From assembly GCA_963719005.1 (NCBI GenBank), contig CAVRAR010000014.1:1392901-1456900 (forward strand): 64,000 nt of DNA, in the 5' to 3' direction. The stretch is from an uncultured Planctomycetia bacterium (GTDB taxonomy: Bacteria; Planctomycetota; Planctomycetia; Pirellulales; Thermoguttaceae). Position 1 is the first letter of the stretch. Each line of letters begins with the position of its first letter. A program made the position numbers and the translations under genes. Shown in pieces: positions 1 to 10,506 of the stretch. The notes below the pieces were generated by a model. The model was not told the DNA's origin. It did not search any database and saw nothing but the letters and a program-made list of their open reading frames with translations.

Positions 1-142
1 TCTTGATATCGTCGCGACGTGGCACTGCAAGAGCCTTCCTTGACGTGGACACAAGAACAAAACCGCGGCGTTCCCCGCTACTTGGGGGATGCTCGCCGTG
101 TAAAATCCCCTTAGTTTAGCACGATCACCTGGCTTTCTTCAA

Positions 143-1222
143 GTGGGTGACGGTCTAGTTGACGGAGATTGTCGTCGGTGGCATTATGAGACGTGGCAAG
201 CGACAGCGTCTCTGCCGCGTCTCTCCGCTGTGAGTAAGTTAGGATGCCAAAGATACCCGTCGGGAACACGTTTCTCAAACGATCAGCGCCTCCGGCCCTG
301 TTTGACCAACTTCCTCCGGTGGGTCTGCGGCATCGAAATTCAAAAGTGTGAAACGCCGGCGTCGCCGCAGGTATTCTATACCCATCCCAACGGAACCCTG
401 TGGGTTGGCGACAGCGTCGACTGGTTAGAGTCCTTGAAACCGGCATCCGTGGACCTGATCTTCGCCGATCCGCCCTACAACATCGGCAAGGCCGATTGGG
501 ATGAGTTTGACTCCCACGACGCCTATATCGAATGGTCGCTCCGATGGATCGAACTCGCTTCCCGAGTCCTGAAGCCGCACGGCAGTCTCTATGTTTGCGG
601 TTTCTCCGAAATCCTGGCCGACCTGCGGCGTCCGGCCGCGGAGTTTTTCGCCGGCTGTAAGTGGTTGGTCTGGTTCTATAAGAATAAGGCAAATCTGACA
701 AAGGACTGGGGACGTTCCCACGAGTCCATCCTTCACTATCGCAAGAGCCGCAAGACAACCTTCAACGTAGACGACGTACGGATTCCCTACGGCAGGCACA
801 CGCTGAAGTACCCCGTTCACCCCCAAGCCGAATCGAGCCAATACGGCGGCGGCAAGCCAGCCGGGGAAGATTGGCAACCGCATCCGCACGGTGCGAAGCC
901 GAAGGATGTTTTTGAGATTCCAGTCACGAGCAATGGGATGGCCGAGAAAACGCCACACCCAACGCAGAAGCCCGAGGAATTGATCCGGAAGCTCATTATT
1001 GCTTCCTCGAACGAAGGCGATTTGGTGGTCGATCCCTTTTCTGGGTCTGGAACCACTCTCGTTTGTGCGGAGCAACTCAATCGTAAATGGGCGGGATGCG
1101 ACCTCAATGCGGAGTACTGCTCCTGGGCCGTGATGCGCTTGGAACAGGTGCCCTCTCGAACCGTGGAGGAGTGGCTCGAATTGGACCGGAAAACCGCGGC
1201 CCGCAGGGAAAGCATCCGATGA
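143..1222 (+). CDS. DNA methyltransferase, beta-class (N6-adenine or N4-cytosine)
   Basis: DPPYN motif (..SVDLIFADPPYNIG..) early in the domain and FSGSGTT (motif I) near the C-terminus is the beta-class arrangement. Real start is probably a non-ATG codon around 300-350, because the N-terminal 60-70 aa of the ORF look like read-through. The stop overlaps the downstream ATG (ATGA). Confidence 0.8.
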   Translation: MGDGLVDGDCRRWHYETWQATASLPRLSAVSKLGCQRYPSGTRFSNDQRLRPCLTNFLRWVCGIEIQKCETPASPQVFYTHPNGTLWVGDSVDWLESLKPASVDLIFADPPYNIGKADWDEFDSHDAYIEWSLRWIELASRVLKPHGSLYVCGFSEILADLRRPAAEFFAGCKWLVWFYKNKANLTKDWGRSHESILHYRKSRKTTFNVDDVRIPYGRHTLKYPVHPQAESSQYGGGKPAGEDWQPHPHGAKPKDVFEIPVTSNGMAEKTPHPTQKPEELIRKLIIASSNEGDLVVDPFSGSGTTLVCAEQLNRKWAGCDLNAEYCSWAVMRLEQVPSRTVEEWLELDRKTAARRESIR

Positions 1223-2118
1223 AACTCGACAAACTCGTCGCCATCGCCTCGGACAAGACCAATTTCACCAAGCTTTCCGACTATTTGGATTTCTGCGTCC
1301 AATTCCTCGATTTCGCATCTCGCGGCTTGCAGGCCGTGATTGTTTCGCAGAACGAATGCCATTATCGCTTCTTTCAATACAAGAAAGACGGCCATTTCAA
1401 CGTCTCTCGCCCAATCAACTCCCAGTTGATGTATGATGCCGCGAACAGCAGCCTCATCAAGTCGCGGTTTGTCAGGACGTTGCGGCAGGCGAGAGACATT
1501 CCAGCCGAGGACAATGAAAGCCGCTGTCTCATCTGCAATTGCATCTACACAATCCAACAGTCGATCGGCGCGGCCCTTGACGCTCTTCCGGCGGGCAGGT
1601 CGAACAATGCGCGCAAGGTCAATGGCGACCTTTTCGAGCGACTGATCCGACTGCTCATCGCCGAATTGGGCATCGACTGTCGAAGCGGTGTGGTTAGCAT
1701 TCCGGTCGTGGCCGATGGCGTCGAATTGTTCCAGATGAGCTACCAACACGACTTGGTGGTTCGTTTCCAAGATGAAGTGAAGGTCATCGGATCGGTCAAG
1801 ACATCGAGTAAGGACCGTATCGACAAGATCTTCATGGACAAGTTCCTCTACAACCGCCTTGCGGAGACCGACATTCCCCATATCGCCGTTTTTCTGAACG
1901 ACGTGCAGAGGAAGAAAAATCGGCAGGAGAACCGCTTCGGCGTGAACGCCACTTTTCTGCCCGGTCACTTCAAGGGATACACAATCAGGCTGAATCCGCT
2001 TGACGGCGTGTACTATTGCGATATCCGTCCTAATATGCAAACTGACCCTTTCCTCCGCTCGCATATCCAAACGATCGATCACCTGTTCTGCACGGACCTT
2101 TGGTCATTTCTCGATTAG
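1219..2118 (+). CDS. candidate type II restriction endonuclease, partner of the methyltransferase
   Basis: Start is translationally coupled to the MTase stop. Possible PD-(D/E)xK signature in ..HDLVVRFQDEVKVIG... About 50% GC against a 65-68% background. No recognisable family name from sequence alone. Confidence 0.5.
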   Translation: MKLDKLVAIASDKTNFTKLSDYLDFCVQFLDFASRGLQAVIVSQNECHYRFFQYKKDGHFNVSRPINSQLMYDAANSSLIKSRFVRTLRQARDIPAEDNESRCLICNCIYTIQQSIGAALDALPAGRSNNARKVNGDLFERLIRLLIAELGIDCRSGVVSIPVVADGVELFQMSYQHDLVVRFQDEVKVIGSVKTSSKDRIDKIFMDKFLYNRLAETDIPHIAVFLNDVQRKKNRQENRFGVNATFLPGHFKGYTIRLNPLDGVYYCDIRPNMQTDPFLRSHIQTIDHLFCTDLWSFLD

Positions 2119-2171
2119 CCAGAAGGTGATGTCAGATACGCCCGAGTTTCTTGGCAAAGGATGTGTAACCC

Positions 2172-3921
2172 ATGAAGTGGATCGGCATTTTCAGCGCGGC
2201 GATGCTTGCCACCCTGAGCCTCGTTGGCATGGGAAATTGCCAAGACAAACCGACGCCGGCGAACTCTTCGCCGCAGACCTTCGCCATCGAGACCTACATC
2301 GGCCGGGCGTACAACTACCTGGACCGGATGGTGGACAAGGACGGACTGCCGTACTTCAACATTTTCTGGACCGATCCGGCCGAGGCCGCCCACGATTGGC
2401 CCGATTTCGGCGACGTCACCAGCCGACAGTTGCAGGGGGCGATCATGGCGCGGCATTTGACCGGCCGGGAAGCCCGAAATGAAAAGGTCTGGATGAAAAT
2501 GGTGCTCTCGCGCCTCGACCCGACGACGGGCCTGCTCATGCGGCCGAAAACATCCTACTGCGACCCCGGCGCCGACGCCGGCGACCAAGCGCTGACGCTC
2601 TACACCCTTGTGACCGCTTACGCCGACTCGAAAGACCCGGCCCTTCGCGACGCCATCGACAAAATGGTTGCCCATTTGCCGGACGACGGCGATCGGGCGT
2701 TCATCATCAAGAGCCTGATGACGTGGGTGCGCCTGACCGGTTCGCCCGCCGCGCTCGAACAGGCGAGGAGACGGGTTGACGTCGCCTTCGGCCCGTCGGG
2801 GATGTTCACGCCCGACAACAAAATCCCGAGGTTGGGACATATCCACGGCAGCTTGCGGGCCCTGGTCGGCGCGGCCGACTATGCGCTCTACGTGAAAGAC
2901 CCCGTGCTCTTCAGCCGCGTCGATGCAATCTACCGCTACATGAAATCGAAGGGCACGCGGTTCGGCTTTCTGCCGGAAGTGATGGATCGCCACGGCGATA
3001 TCATTTCCTGCGAAACCTGTGCCCTGATGGACTTCGTGGGATTGGCGACGACGCTGGCCAACAACGGCCATCCCGAATACTGGGGCGACGTCGAGCGAAT
3101 GCTGAGAAACCAGTTGGTCGAAAGCCAACTGGTGGACGGCTCGTGGCTGAAGCCCGGCGACAAGCCCGACACCGAGCAGTTCAGTTGGCGGGAGATCGGG
3201 GCACGAATGGGTCGGCGGCTACGCGGGCTGGACCTCGCCCACGCATTTCCTGGCCGCGCGCGAGGTGCTTTGCTGGGGTGGGCCGGAGCTGCGCGGCAAG
3301 ACCCGTGCCTTTCAGAATTGCTGCGGCGGCTCGGGCACGCACGGTTTCTTCATCGTTTGGAAAAACGCCGCCCGCTTTGAAAAAGGGACGCTCTCGGTCA
3401 ACCTGCACATCGACAAGCTCCTGCCGCAAGCCGAAATTCGCTGCTTCCAACCGTATCAAGGGCGATTGACGATCGTGCTGAAGCAAGACTGCAAGGTTCG
3501 GGTGCGAATCCCCGAGTTCGTGACGGCCGACGAGATGAAGGCCACTTCCGACCGTGGCAAAGTCGAGTCGAGGGCCTGGGGCAACTATCTGGAACTCGGC
3601 GACCGCAAGGCCGGCGAGAAAATCGAAGTCGCGTATCCGCTGCCGGTGTGGGAAGAAGAGATCGCGATCGGCAACGTCGGTTTCCGACAGTATCGCTACC
3701 GCGTAGCATGGAAAGGCGACACGGTGGTCCGCATGACGCCCATCGGCGAACAGGTCAAAACCGCCTATTCCGATTTCGACAAGAAGCAGGTCGAGGTTTT
3801 CTACGGCGAGGAAGGCCCAGGGCGTCTTTACCAGCGGGAGTACATGCTAAAGACCGCCGAGCCGAAACCGGCGGCGCTGCATCTGGACGATGGCTCGCTC
3901 GATTTCTGGCTGCTGCATTAG
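2172..3921 (+). CDS. secreted GH127/DUF1680-like glycoside hydrolase (beta-L-arabinofuranosidase-like), frameshifted in this sequence
   Basis: Signal peptide MKWIGIFSAAMLATLSLVG. SCETCALMDF and QNCCGGSGTHGF resemble the Glu/Cys and Cys-Cys zinc-site motifs of GH127. The reading frame switches from frame 0 to frame 1 near 3180-3265 with clean protein-like sequence on both sides. Confidence 0.5.
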
Positions 3922-4109
3922 ACTGGAAAAAATGAAACCCTACGAGGAACTGCCGTTCTCGGGTCTTCTGCACCACCTTCTCGCTATGGCAAAGGATGTC
4001 TCACCTGAAAATCTTGGACGTCCGCCAAGAACTTTTGTACATCCGCAATCGACAAAGGAGGCTGCAAATTGTGCGCACAGTGATTTCCAGTCGTAGCCAA
4101 CGTGTCGGC

Positions 4110-4688
4110 TTACTTCATGCTGATCTTGTCTAGGTGGGTACCCTTATACAGCACTTGGTTCAAATCGTTAATTGTTGGCCTACCTGCCGGAAGACAACTG
4201 TGTCGTTCGCAGAGTCTGCGCAAGTGTTCTTCCAAGACGGCTCGGCCAAGCACGCCCGCAGCAAGACTGAAGCTCTTTTCGAGCAATTCCTCAGCCTGTT
4301 CCAAGAGGCTTGCAAACGCGTCCGCTGTGATCAAGTCCACAACTGGAGTAAGGGCGTCTTGGTCGATAGACTCCCGCAACGCCGCAAGATTGCCCATTGC
4401 AGTTTCCACATTGGACGCGAGACTGTGCTTGGGTGGTGGGAAGCTGTCCCACCACGTCTTGGCCGACTCGCCAATTTGGACGACGAGGTTTCGACAGCCC
4501 GTAATCCACTTCGTCAGCTTCTGCGAATCAACGCATGGTGGAGGGGGAATTGCGACAAAGTTGGGTCCACTCGTGACCGACCCGACAACTGTCGTGTTCA
4601 ACACTTCCCGACCCTCGGCGATGAGCCTATCGGCATGTCGGAGGAATCTGTCCTTGGCTATGGGTGTCATCCTTTCCAATCCTCCCAC
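4110..4688 (-). CDS. hypothetical protein, possible HEPN-type (Rx4-6H) domain
   Basis: Composition is protein-like. C-terminal ..GRAVLEEHLRRL.. fits an Rx5H HEPN-like motif. Sits in a lower-GC stretch between the GH127-like gene and the Uma2 gene. Confidence 0.35.
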   Translation of the reverse strand: MGGLERMTPIAKDRFLRHADRLIAEGREVLNTTVVGSVTSGPNFVAIPPPPCVDSQKLTKWITGCRNLVVQIGESAKTWWDSFPPPKHSLASNVETAMGNLAALRESIDQDALTPVVDLITADAFASLLEQAEELLEKSFSLAAGVLGRAVLEEHLRRLCERHSCLPAGRPTINDLNQVLYKGTHLDKISMK

Positions 4689-4718
4689 CGACGGTTGTCG
4701 GGCGCAGAAACGATCTTC

Positions 4719-5408
4719 TTAAGCCTCCTCGCGCAGATCAAACTCCCAGTTGCCGCCCTTGTCGCGTATGGCGTCCAGACGATAGCGACAACCGAAGACG
4801 GCGGAAGGCTGGAAGCCGTCGACGTCGACGGAAACGGGCTCGAAGCCCTTCGGACCGGGCTGATGAATGATGAAGATGGGCTTTTCACCCCGAGCATCGA
4901 CCAGCCAGAACTCGCGCACGCCAGCCTGAAAATACGCCGCAGGCAGCCGCCGCGTATCTTTCTTCACGGAGGAATCACTGACGATTTCGACGACGAGGTC
5001 AGCCATCCCCTCCACTTCGATGTAGCGGTCGGCATGATGGCCGGCTTTCGGCACGAGCCGAGCGAGGCCAGATTCAAGGGTTTCGTAAGAGATGAAGACA
5101 ATATCCGGCTCGACGGACAAGTCGGCTTGGGGACAGGAGATACGCGTTCTATCGATTTGCAGATAGCCAAGTCGCTGTCTCTTTACGCGATGCGAAAGCA
5201 CCCGAGCAAACTCCGTTTTGACGCCTCCATGACAAAAGAACTCCTCCGGCGCCATGTCTACCTCGATCTTTCCCGCAATAAAGTCAATTCGACCGGTTTC
5301 CGGAAATTCGTCGGACAGCGCCCATTGACGGAAGTCGTCCAATGAGCGCATGGTGAGCGGCACCTCGATCTGCTCCTCAAAGATGATGCTCGTCGCCACG
5401 GATGCCAT
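4719..5408 (-). CDS. Uma2-family endonuclease (DUF820, restriction-endonuclease-like fold)
   Basis: 229 aa with the typical length and acidic/Lys pattern of Uma2 proteins (..DLVVEIVSDSSVKKD..). A clean ORF. Confidence 0.65.
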   Translation of the reverse strand: MASVATSIIFEEQIEVPLTMRSLDDFRQWALSDEFPETGRIDFIAGKIEVDMAPEEFFCHGGVKTEFARVLSHRVKRQRLGYLQIDRTRISCPQADLSVEPDIVFISYETLESGLARLVPKAGHHADRYIEVEGMADLVVEIVSDSSVKKDTRRLPAAYFQAGVREFWLVDARGEKPIFIIHQPGPKGFEPVSVDVDGFQPSAVFGCRYRLDAIRDKGGNWEFDLREEA

Positions 5409-5653
5409 GTTCGCTCTCTCGAAATTGCGGCCTTGTTGCAGTCGGCTGCGGCCACCATCATTCTATGTTGCGTCGGAAGTTCCTACAAGAACAAGGCGAT
5501 ATGCCACCCGGTGGATGGGGTGGTGGATGAATCGGCGTTCTTCCATGATTGGGGCGTCGGCCTCCGCAATGGCAGCCTTCCCCCGCTGCCCCCCTCGGCC
5601 GAATTGTGGTACACTTTTCTGATGATTTCTTAGGCAGTCTGGAGGAGTCTCGT

Positions 5654-7044
5654 GTGGCCGACAAAGCTTGGGGGGGAGTGTTCGAGCAGGCGACCGACCG
5701 TCGCGTCGAGGAGTTCACCGAAAGCGTGAGCTTCGACCGCCGTCTGTATGCGCATGACATCGACGGCTCGACCGCCCACGCCCAGATGTTGGCCAAGGTC
5801 GGCCTGCTGACGCCTCGACGAATGCCGCCAAATTGAGCAGGCGCTCCAGGAAATCCGCCAAGAAATTGAGCAGGGCCGATTCCCGTTCCGCACCGAACTC
5901 GAAGACATCCACATGCACATCGAGCGGGCGCTGATCGACCGGCTCGGCGACGTGGGGCGAAAACTGCACACCGCCCGCAGCCGAAACGATCAGGTGGCCA
6001 CCGACCTGCGGCTCTGGGTCCGCTGGGCGATCGACCGGATCGACGAGCGGCTGGTGGCCCTGCAACGGGCGCTGGTCGGCCGCTGCGACGCCGACGCCGA
6101 CGTGATCTTGCCCGGCTATACCCACATCCAACGGGCGCAGCCGGTCTTGGCCCCGCACTACTGGCTGGCCTACTGCGAGAAGTTCCAGCGCGACCGGCTG
6201 CGGTTGGCCGACTGCCGCCGCAGGGCGAACGTCCTGCCGCTGGGCGCCGCGGCCCTGGCGGGCACGAGCCTGCCGATCGATCGGGACGACGTTGCTGCGC
6301 GGCTCGGGTTCGAGGGCGTCGCCGCCAACAGCCTCGACGCCGTGAGCGACCGCGACTTCGCCGTCGAGTTCGCCTTCGTCCTGACGCTGGTGGCCGAGCA
6401 TTTGAGCACCTGGGCCGAGGAGTGGATCCTCTGGTCGACCGACGAGTTCGACTTCGTGAAGTTGCCGCAGGAGTTTTGCACCGGCTCGTCGATCATGCCG
6501 CAGAAGATCAATCCCGACGTGCTGGAATTGATCCGCGGCAAGACCGCCCGCGTCGTCGGCAATCTGCAAACGCTGCTGGTGTTGATCAAAGGGCTGCCGC
6601 TGGCCTACAATCGCGACCTCCAGGAAGACAAGCCGCCGCTGTTCGATTCGTTCGACACCGTGTCGCGCGTCGCTGGAACTGGCCGCCCCGCTGGTCGCCG
6701 GAATGAAGTTGAACCGCGAGGCGATTGCCGCGCGGCTCGACCGCGGACATCTCGACGCGACGACTTTGATGGAATACCTGATTCGCCGCGGCGTGCCGCA
6801 GCGGACCGCTCACGGGCTGGTCGGCCGGCTGGTGCGCAAGGCGCTCGATCGCGGCGTGCGGCTGTCGGATTTGTCGCTCGACGAGTTCCGCGAGGCCGAC
6901 GCCGGCCTGGATGCGAGCGTCTACGACGTGCTCGGTCCCGAGAAGGCCGTGGCGGCCATGACCAGTTTCGGATCGACCGGGCCGGAGCAGGTGAAGGAGC
7001 AAGTTCGGCGTTGGAAGAAGTTGTTGAAGCTGAAATCCTCTTGA
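5654..7044 (+). CDS. argH: argininosuccinate lyase, split by two single-base frameshifts
   Basis: N-terminus [35 protein letters not shown] in frame 2. Middle [55 protein letters not shown] in frame 0 from 5820. C-terminus [29 protein letters not shown] in frame 1 from 6703. Shifts are near 5815 and 6660-6700. GTG start at 5654 chosen by similarity to the MALWGGRF N-termini. Confidence 0.85.
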
Positions 7045-7058
7045 CTGTGAGCAATCCG

Positions 7059-9337
7059 ATGTTGCGAGACGGCCTTTTCCGATTCATCCGCTTGGCGGCT
7101 GTCGCTTTGTGTCTGACGGCGATCCTATCCGCGAATTCTGCAACCGCACAAGCCCCGAAGGCCAAACCACCGAAGGCCGACGAGCCGGCGGCGGCGAAGG
7201 AGGAGAAGAAGACCGACATCGACAAGATTTTGTCGGACAAGACGCCGCCCGAGAACGCCGCCGTCGCGGCGATTCTCGATACCAAGCCGACCACGCCCGA
7301 GGAATGCGTCCGTGCGGCGAAATTGCTGTTCGATTTCGATCGGGCGGATCTGGCCAAGGGGTTTCTTGAAGAAGGCTCTCGACGCGAATCTCGATCAGCA
7401 ACAGTTGGCCGATCTCGGCGAAGCAGATCGGCTCGCCGCTGTTCTTCGATCTGCGCGACCGGTCCGCGCTGCAGCCCGAGGCCAGGCAGCTTGCCGACGC
7501 CGTTGCCGCGGCCGTCAAGGCCAGGCTCGAAGACAGCCAGCGAATCGCCGGGCTGATCCAACAACTGCAAGACCCGTCGGCCGAGAAGCGTTTGCAGGCG
7601 ATTATCGGATTGCAAAAATCCGGCGCGGCGGCCGTCGGTCCGCTGATCGCCGTGTTGGCCGATCCGGCACGCGCCGCCGAGCACGCGAACGTGCGAGCGG
7701 CTTTGGCCGAGATGGGCCGAGCTGCGGAGCCGCCGCTGGTGGCTGTCGTCGAGCAGGCCGATCCGAAGACGGCGGTCCAGGCGATCGAGGTGCTCGGCGA
7801 GATGAACAACGCGAGGATGGCGTTCTGCCTGCTGCGGCCGGCTCTGTCGGACAAGAGCGACCCGGCGGTGCGCGAGGCGGCGGCCGCCGCTCTGAAAAAG
7901 CTGGGCGTTGCCGTTCCCAGTCGAGCCGAGGCCGTCAAGCGGCTTGTCCAGGACGCGAAGGACTATTTTGAGCGTCCCGCTAACGTCGAGGATTCGGCCG
8001 CGGGTGCGGAAAAGACGCCGCTGTGGCGATGGGACGCGGCTCGCCGGCAGCCCGTGGCCCGGGTCTGCACGCAAAACGACGTGGCCCGGGCGTTCTTCGC
8101 CCAGGAGGCTCGCGATGCTTACGCCATAGCGCCGAACGATGCGTTGGCTCGCCTCCTCTACTTGGCTACGATGCTCGAACGGGCGGCGTACGACAACGGT
8201 TTGGATCGGCCGTTGGATGCGAAGAACCCCGCGGCGGTCGAGGCAGCTCGATTCGGCGCGAAACAGATCGAGGAAGTGCTGACGTATGCCATGGCCGACA
8301 ATCGTCCGGCAGCGGCGGCAGCGGCGGCGCGACTGTTGGGTCAAATCGGCACGGCCGCCGAACTGCTCTACCGCGGCGCCTGGCCGTCGCCGTTGGCGCT
8401 GGCCGTCCAATCGCCCGACCGCCGCCTGCGCATGGCCGCCTGGAGGCCATCGTGCGGCTGCAACCGGCCAGACCGTTCGCCGGGTCGAGCTACGTGTTGC
8501 CGGCGCTGGGGTTCTTCGCCGGCAGCAGCGGCTCTCGCCATGCATTGGTCGCCGCTCCGAGCCTTATGGAGGCGCGGGAGTTGGCGGGCATGCTCGTCGG
8601 CGGCCGGCTTCGTCACCGATACGTTCACCAACGGCAAGGAATTGGTCCTCAGGGCCGCGCAATCGCCCGACTACGAGTTCGCGTTGATCGACGTGACGAT
8701 CGACCGACCCGTAATCGGCATCCTCTTGCAGCAGTTGAGGCACGACGCTCGAACGGCGTCGCTCCGCGTGGGGCTCATCGCCCGGTCGGGCGATTTCCAT
8801 GAGGCCGAACGTCTCGCGGGGCTCGATCCGTTGACAAAGGCATTCTCGCGGCCGCACGACGACGCGGCCTTCCGTTGGCAACTCGATCAGTTGGCGAGAC
8901 TGTCGCCGCAGAGCTTCGTCGGCTTCGAGGCTCGCCAGCGGCAAGCGGTCGAGGCCCTCGATCTGCTGGCCGAACTCGCCCAATCGTCGGGCAGTCTTTA
9001 CGATCTGCGGAGCGTGCAGAAATACCTCATCGCGGCGACGCACAATCCGAAGCTCGCCGCGAAGGCGGTCGCCGTGCTGGCCGAAGTCAACTCCGCCGAG
9101 AGCCAGCAGACGCTGGTCGACCTGGCGAGCCGCTTCACCTCGCCCTTGCCGCTGCGTCAGGCGGCGGCCAAGGCGTTTCGTCAAAACACCCAGCAACACG
9201 GCATCCTGTTGACGGCCGAGGAAATCCGCCGACAATACCAGCGATACAATGAGAGCGAAAAGCTGGATGCCCCCACACAGCACGTGCTAGGGCTGATCCT
9301 CGATTGTCTGGAAGTCGGAGCGCCGAAGAAGAAATAG
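7059..9337 (+). CDS. secreted HEAT/PBS-lyase-like repeat protein, several frameshifts
   Basis: Signal peptide [32 protein letters not shown]. Repeated ..AV..AA..ALGKIG.. HEAT-like units. Frame changes near 7380, 7560 and 8400-8600. Confidence 0.5.
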
Positions 9338-9435
9338 AATCGGAGGAGAGCGAAGAAAATCGAGAGCAGATCGCTGCGAAGCCGCAAGCGGCTTTCCAAT
9401 CCCTAATCCCTAGCCCCTAATCCCTGCCCCCTCCC

Positions 9436-10495
9436 ATGCCCCGCATTCCGCCGAACGTTGATCTGAACGAAACCGGGCCGCCGATCCCGGGGCTGATCGG
9501 CTCGGGACCGGCGATGGAACACGTCTACCGGCTGACGCGGCAGGTCGCCCGGTCGAACGCCTCGGTGCTGCTGCTCGGCGAGACGGGCACCGGCAAGGAA
9601 CTGATCGCCAAGGCGATTCACCGCCTCAGCCCGCGCGGCAGCGGCCCCTTCATCCGCGTCAACTGCGGGGCGCTCGCCGAAAATCTGCTGGAGAGCGAGT
9701 TGTTCGGGCACGTCCGCGGGGCGTTCACCGGCGCTGATCGACAACCGCACCGGACGGTTCGAGGCCGCACACACCGGCACCGTCTTCCTCGACGAAGTCA
9801 ACTCGACCAGTCCCAAGCTCCAGGTCAAACTGCTCCGCGTTTTGCAGGAGCACGAGTTCGAGCGCGTCGGCGACACGCAAACCATCCGCGTCGATACCCG
9901 CGTGATCGCCGCGAGCAACTGCGACCTGCTGGAAGAGACCGAGGCGGGCCGTTTCCGCGAAGATCTCTACTATCGGCTGAACGTGATAACGATCTACCTG
10001 CCGCCCTTGCGCGAGCGGCGCGAAGACATTCCATCGCTGGTCGGCTATTTTCTGAAGATTTACAACGAAGAGAACCTGCGGCACGTGCCGCACGTCGAGC
10101 CCGCCGCCATGCAGGCGTTGCAGGATTACTCGTGGCCGGGCAACGTGCGGGAATTGCAGAACTACATCGAGCGCGCGGTCGTCTTGGCCCCCGGCGATGA
10201 ATTGACCCGCGACCTGCTGCCCGAGGCGGTGTTGGGCGGCCGGCCGCGCCGCATCGGCCGCCTGCGGGCCGCCGACGTGGAAACGCTCGCCTCGGAACTG
10301 GTGCAGCAGGGCATCGAGACCGCCGGCGTCTCGGCCGAGAACCTCTACGCCACGGTGGTCAATCGCGTCGAGCGCGAGTTGATCGTCCAGGTGATGGCCG
10401 CCTGCGACAACGTGCAAATCAAAGCCGCCGAGCGCCTCGGCATCAACCGAAACACGCTGCACAAGAAGCTCAATGAATATGGGCTGGAGAAGTGA
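9436..10495 (+). CDS. sigma-54-dependent transcriptional activator with no N-terminal sensor/receiver domain, frameshifted
   Basis: Walker [25 protein letters not shown] motif, then after a frame change near 9725-9842 ..[21 protein letters not shown] and a C-terminal Fis-type HTH (..[15 protein letters not shown]). Confidence 0.85.
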
Positions 10496-10506
10496 AGGAG
10501 ATCGCC

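Noticed and set aside
4134-5345. 403-aa plus-strand ORF overlapping the HEPN-like and Uma2 genes
   Set aside because: It is antisense to two better-supported ORFs. Its Arg/Gly/Ala-rich composition is typical of spurious frames in high-GC DNA.
5549-7044. Calling argH and the other frameshifted genes true pseudogenes
   Set aside because: Too many essential or conserved genes carry single-base indels in one window. Sequencing error is the simpler explanation, so I kept them as CDS with notes.
5715-8545. Long minus-strand ORFs (284 aa and 646 aa) across argH and the HEAT-repeat gene
   Set aside because: They are antisense to clearly conserved argH sequence and are extremely Arg/Pro/Gly-rich, so they are GC-driven artefacts.
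10380-10506. Sigma-54 promoter between the sigma-54 activator and the first ATPase gene
   Set aside because: The gap is only 12 nt and no TGGCAC-N5-TTGC match is visible inside the activator 3' end. Any coupling would have to be by read-through.
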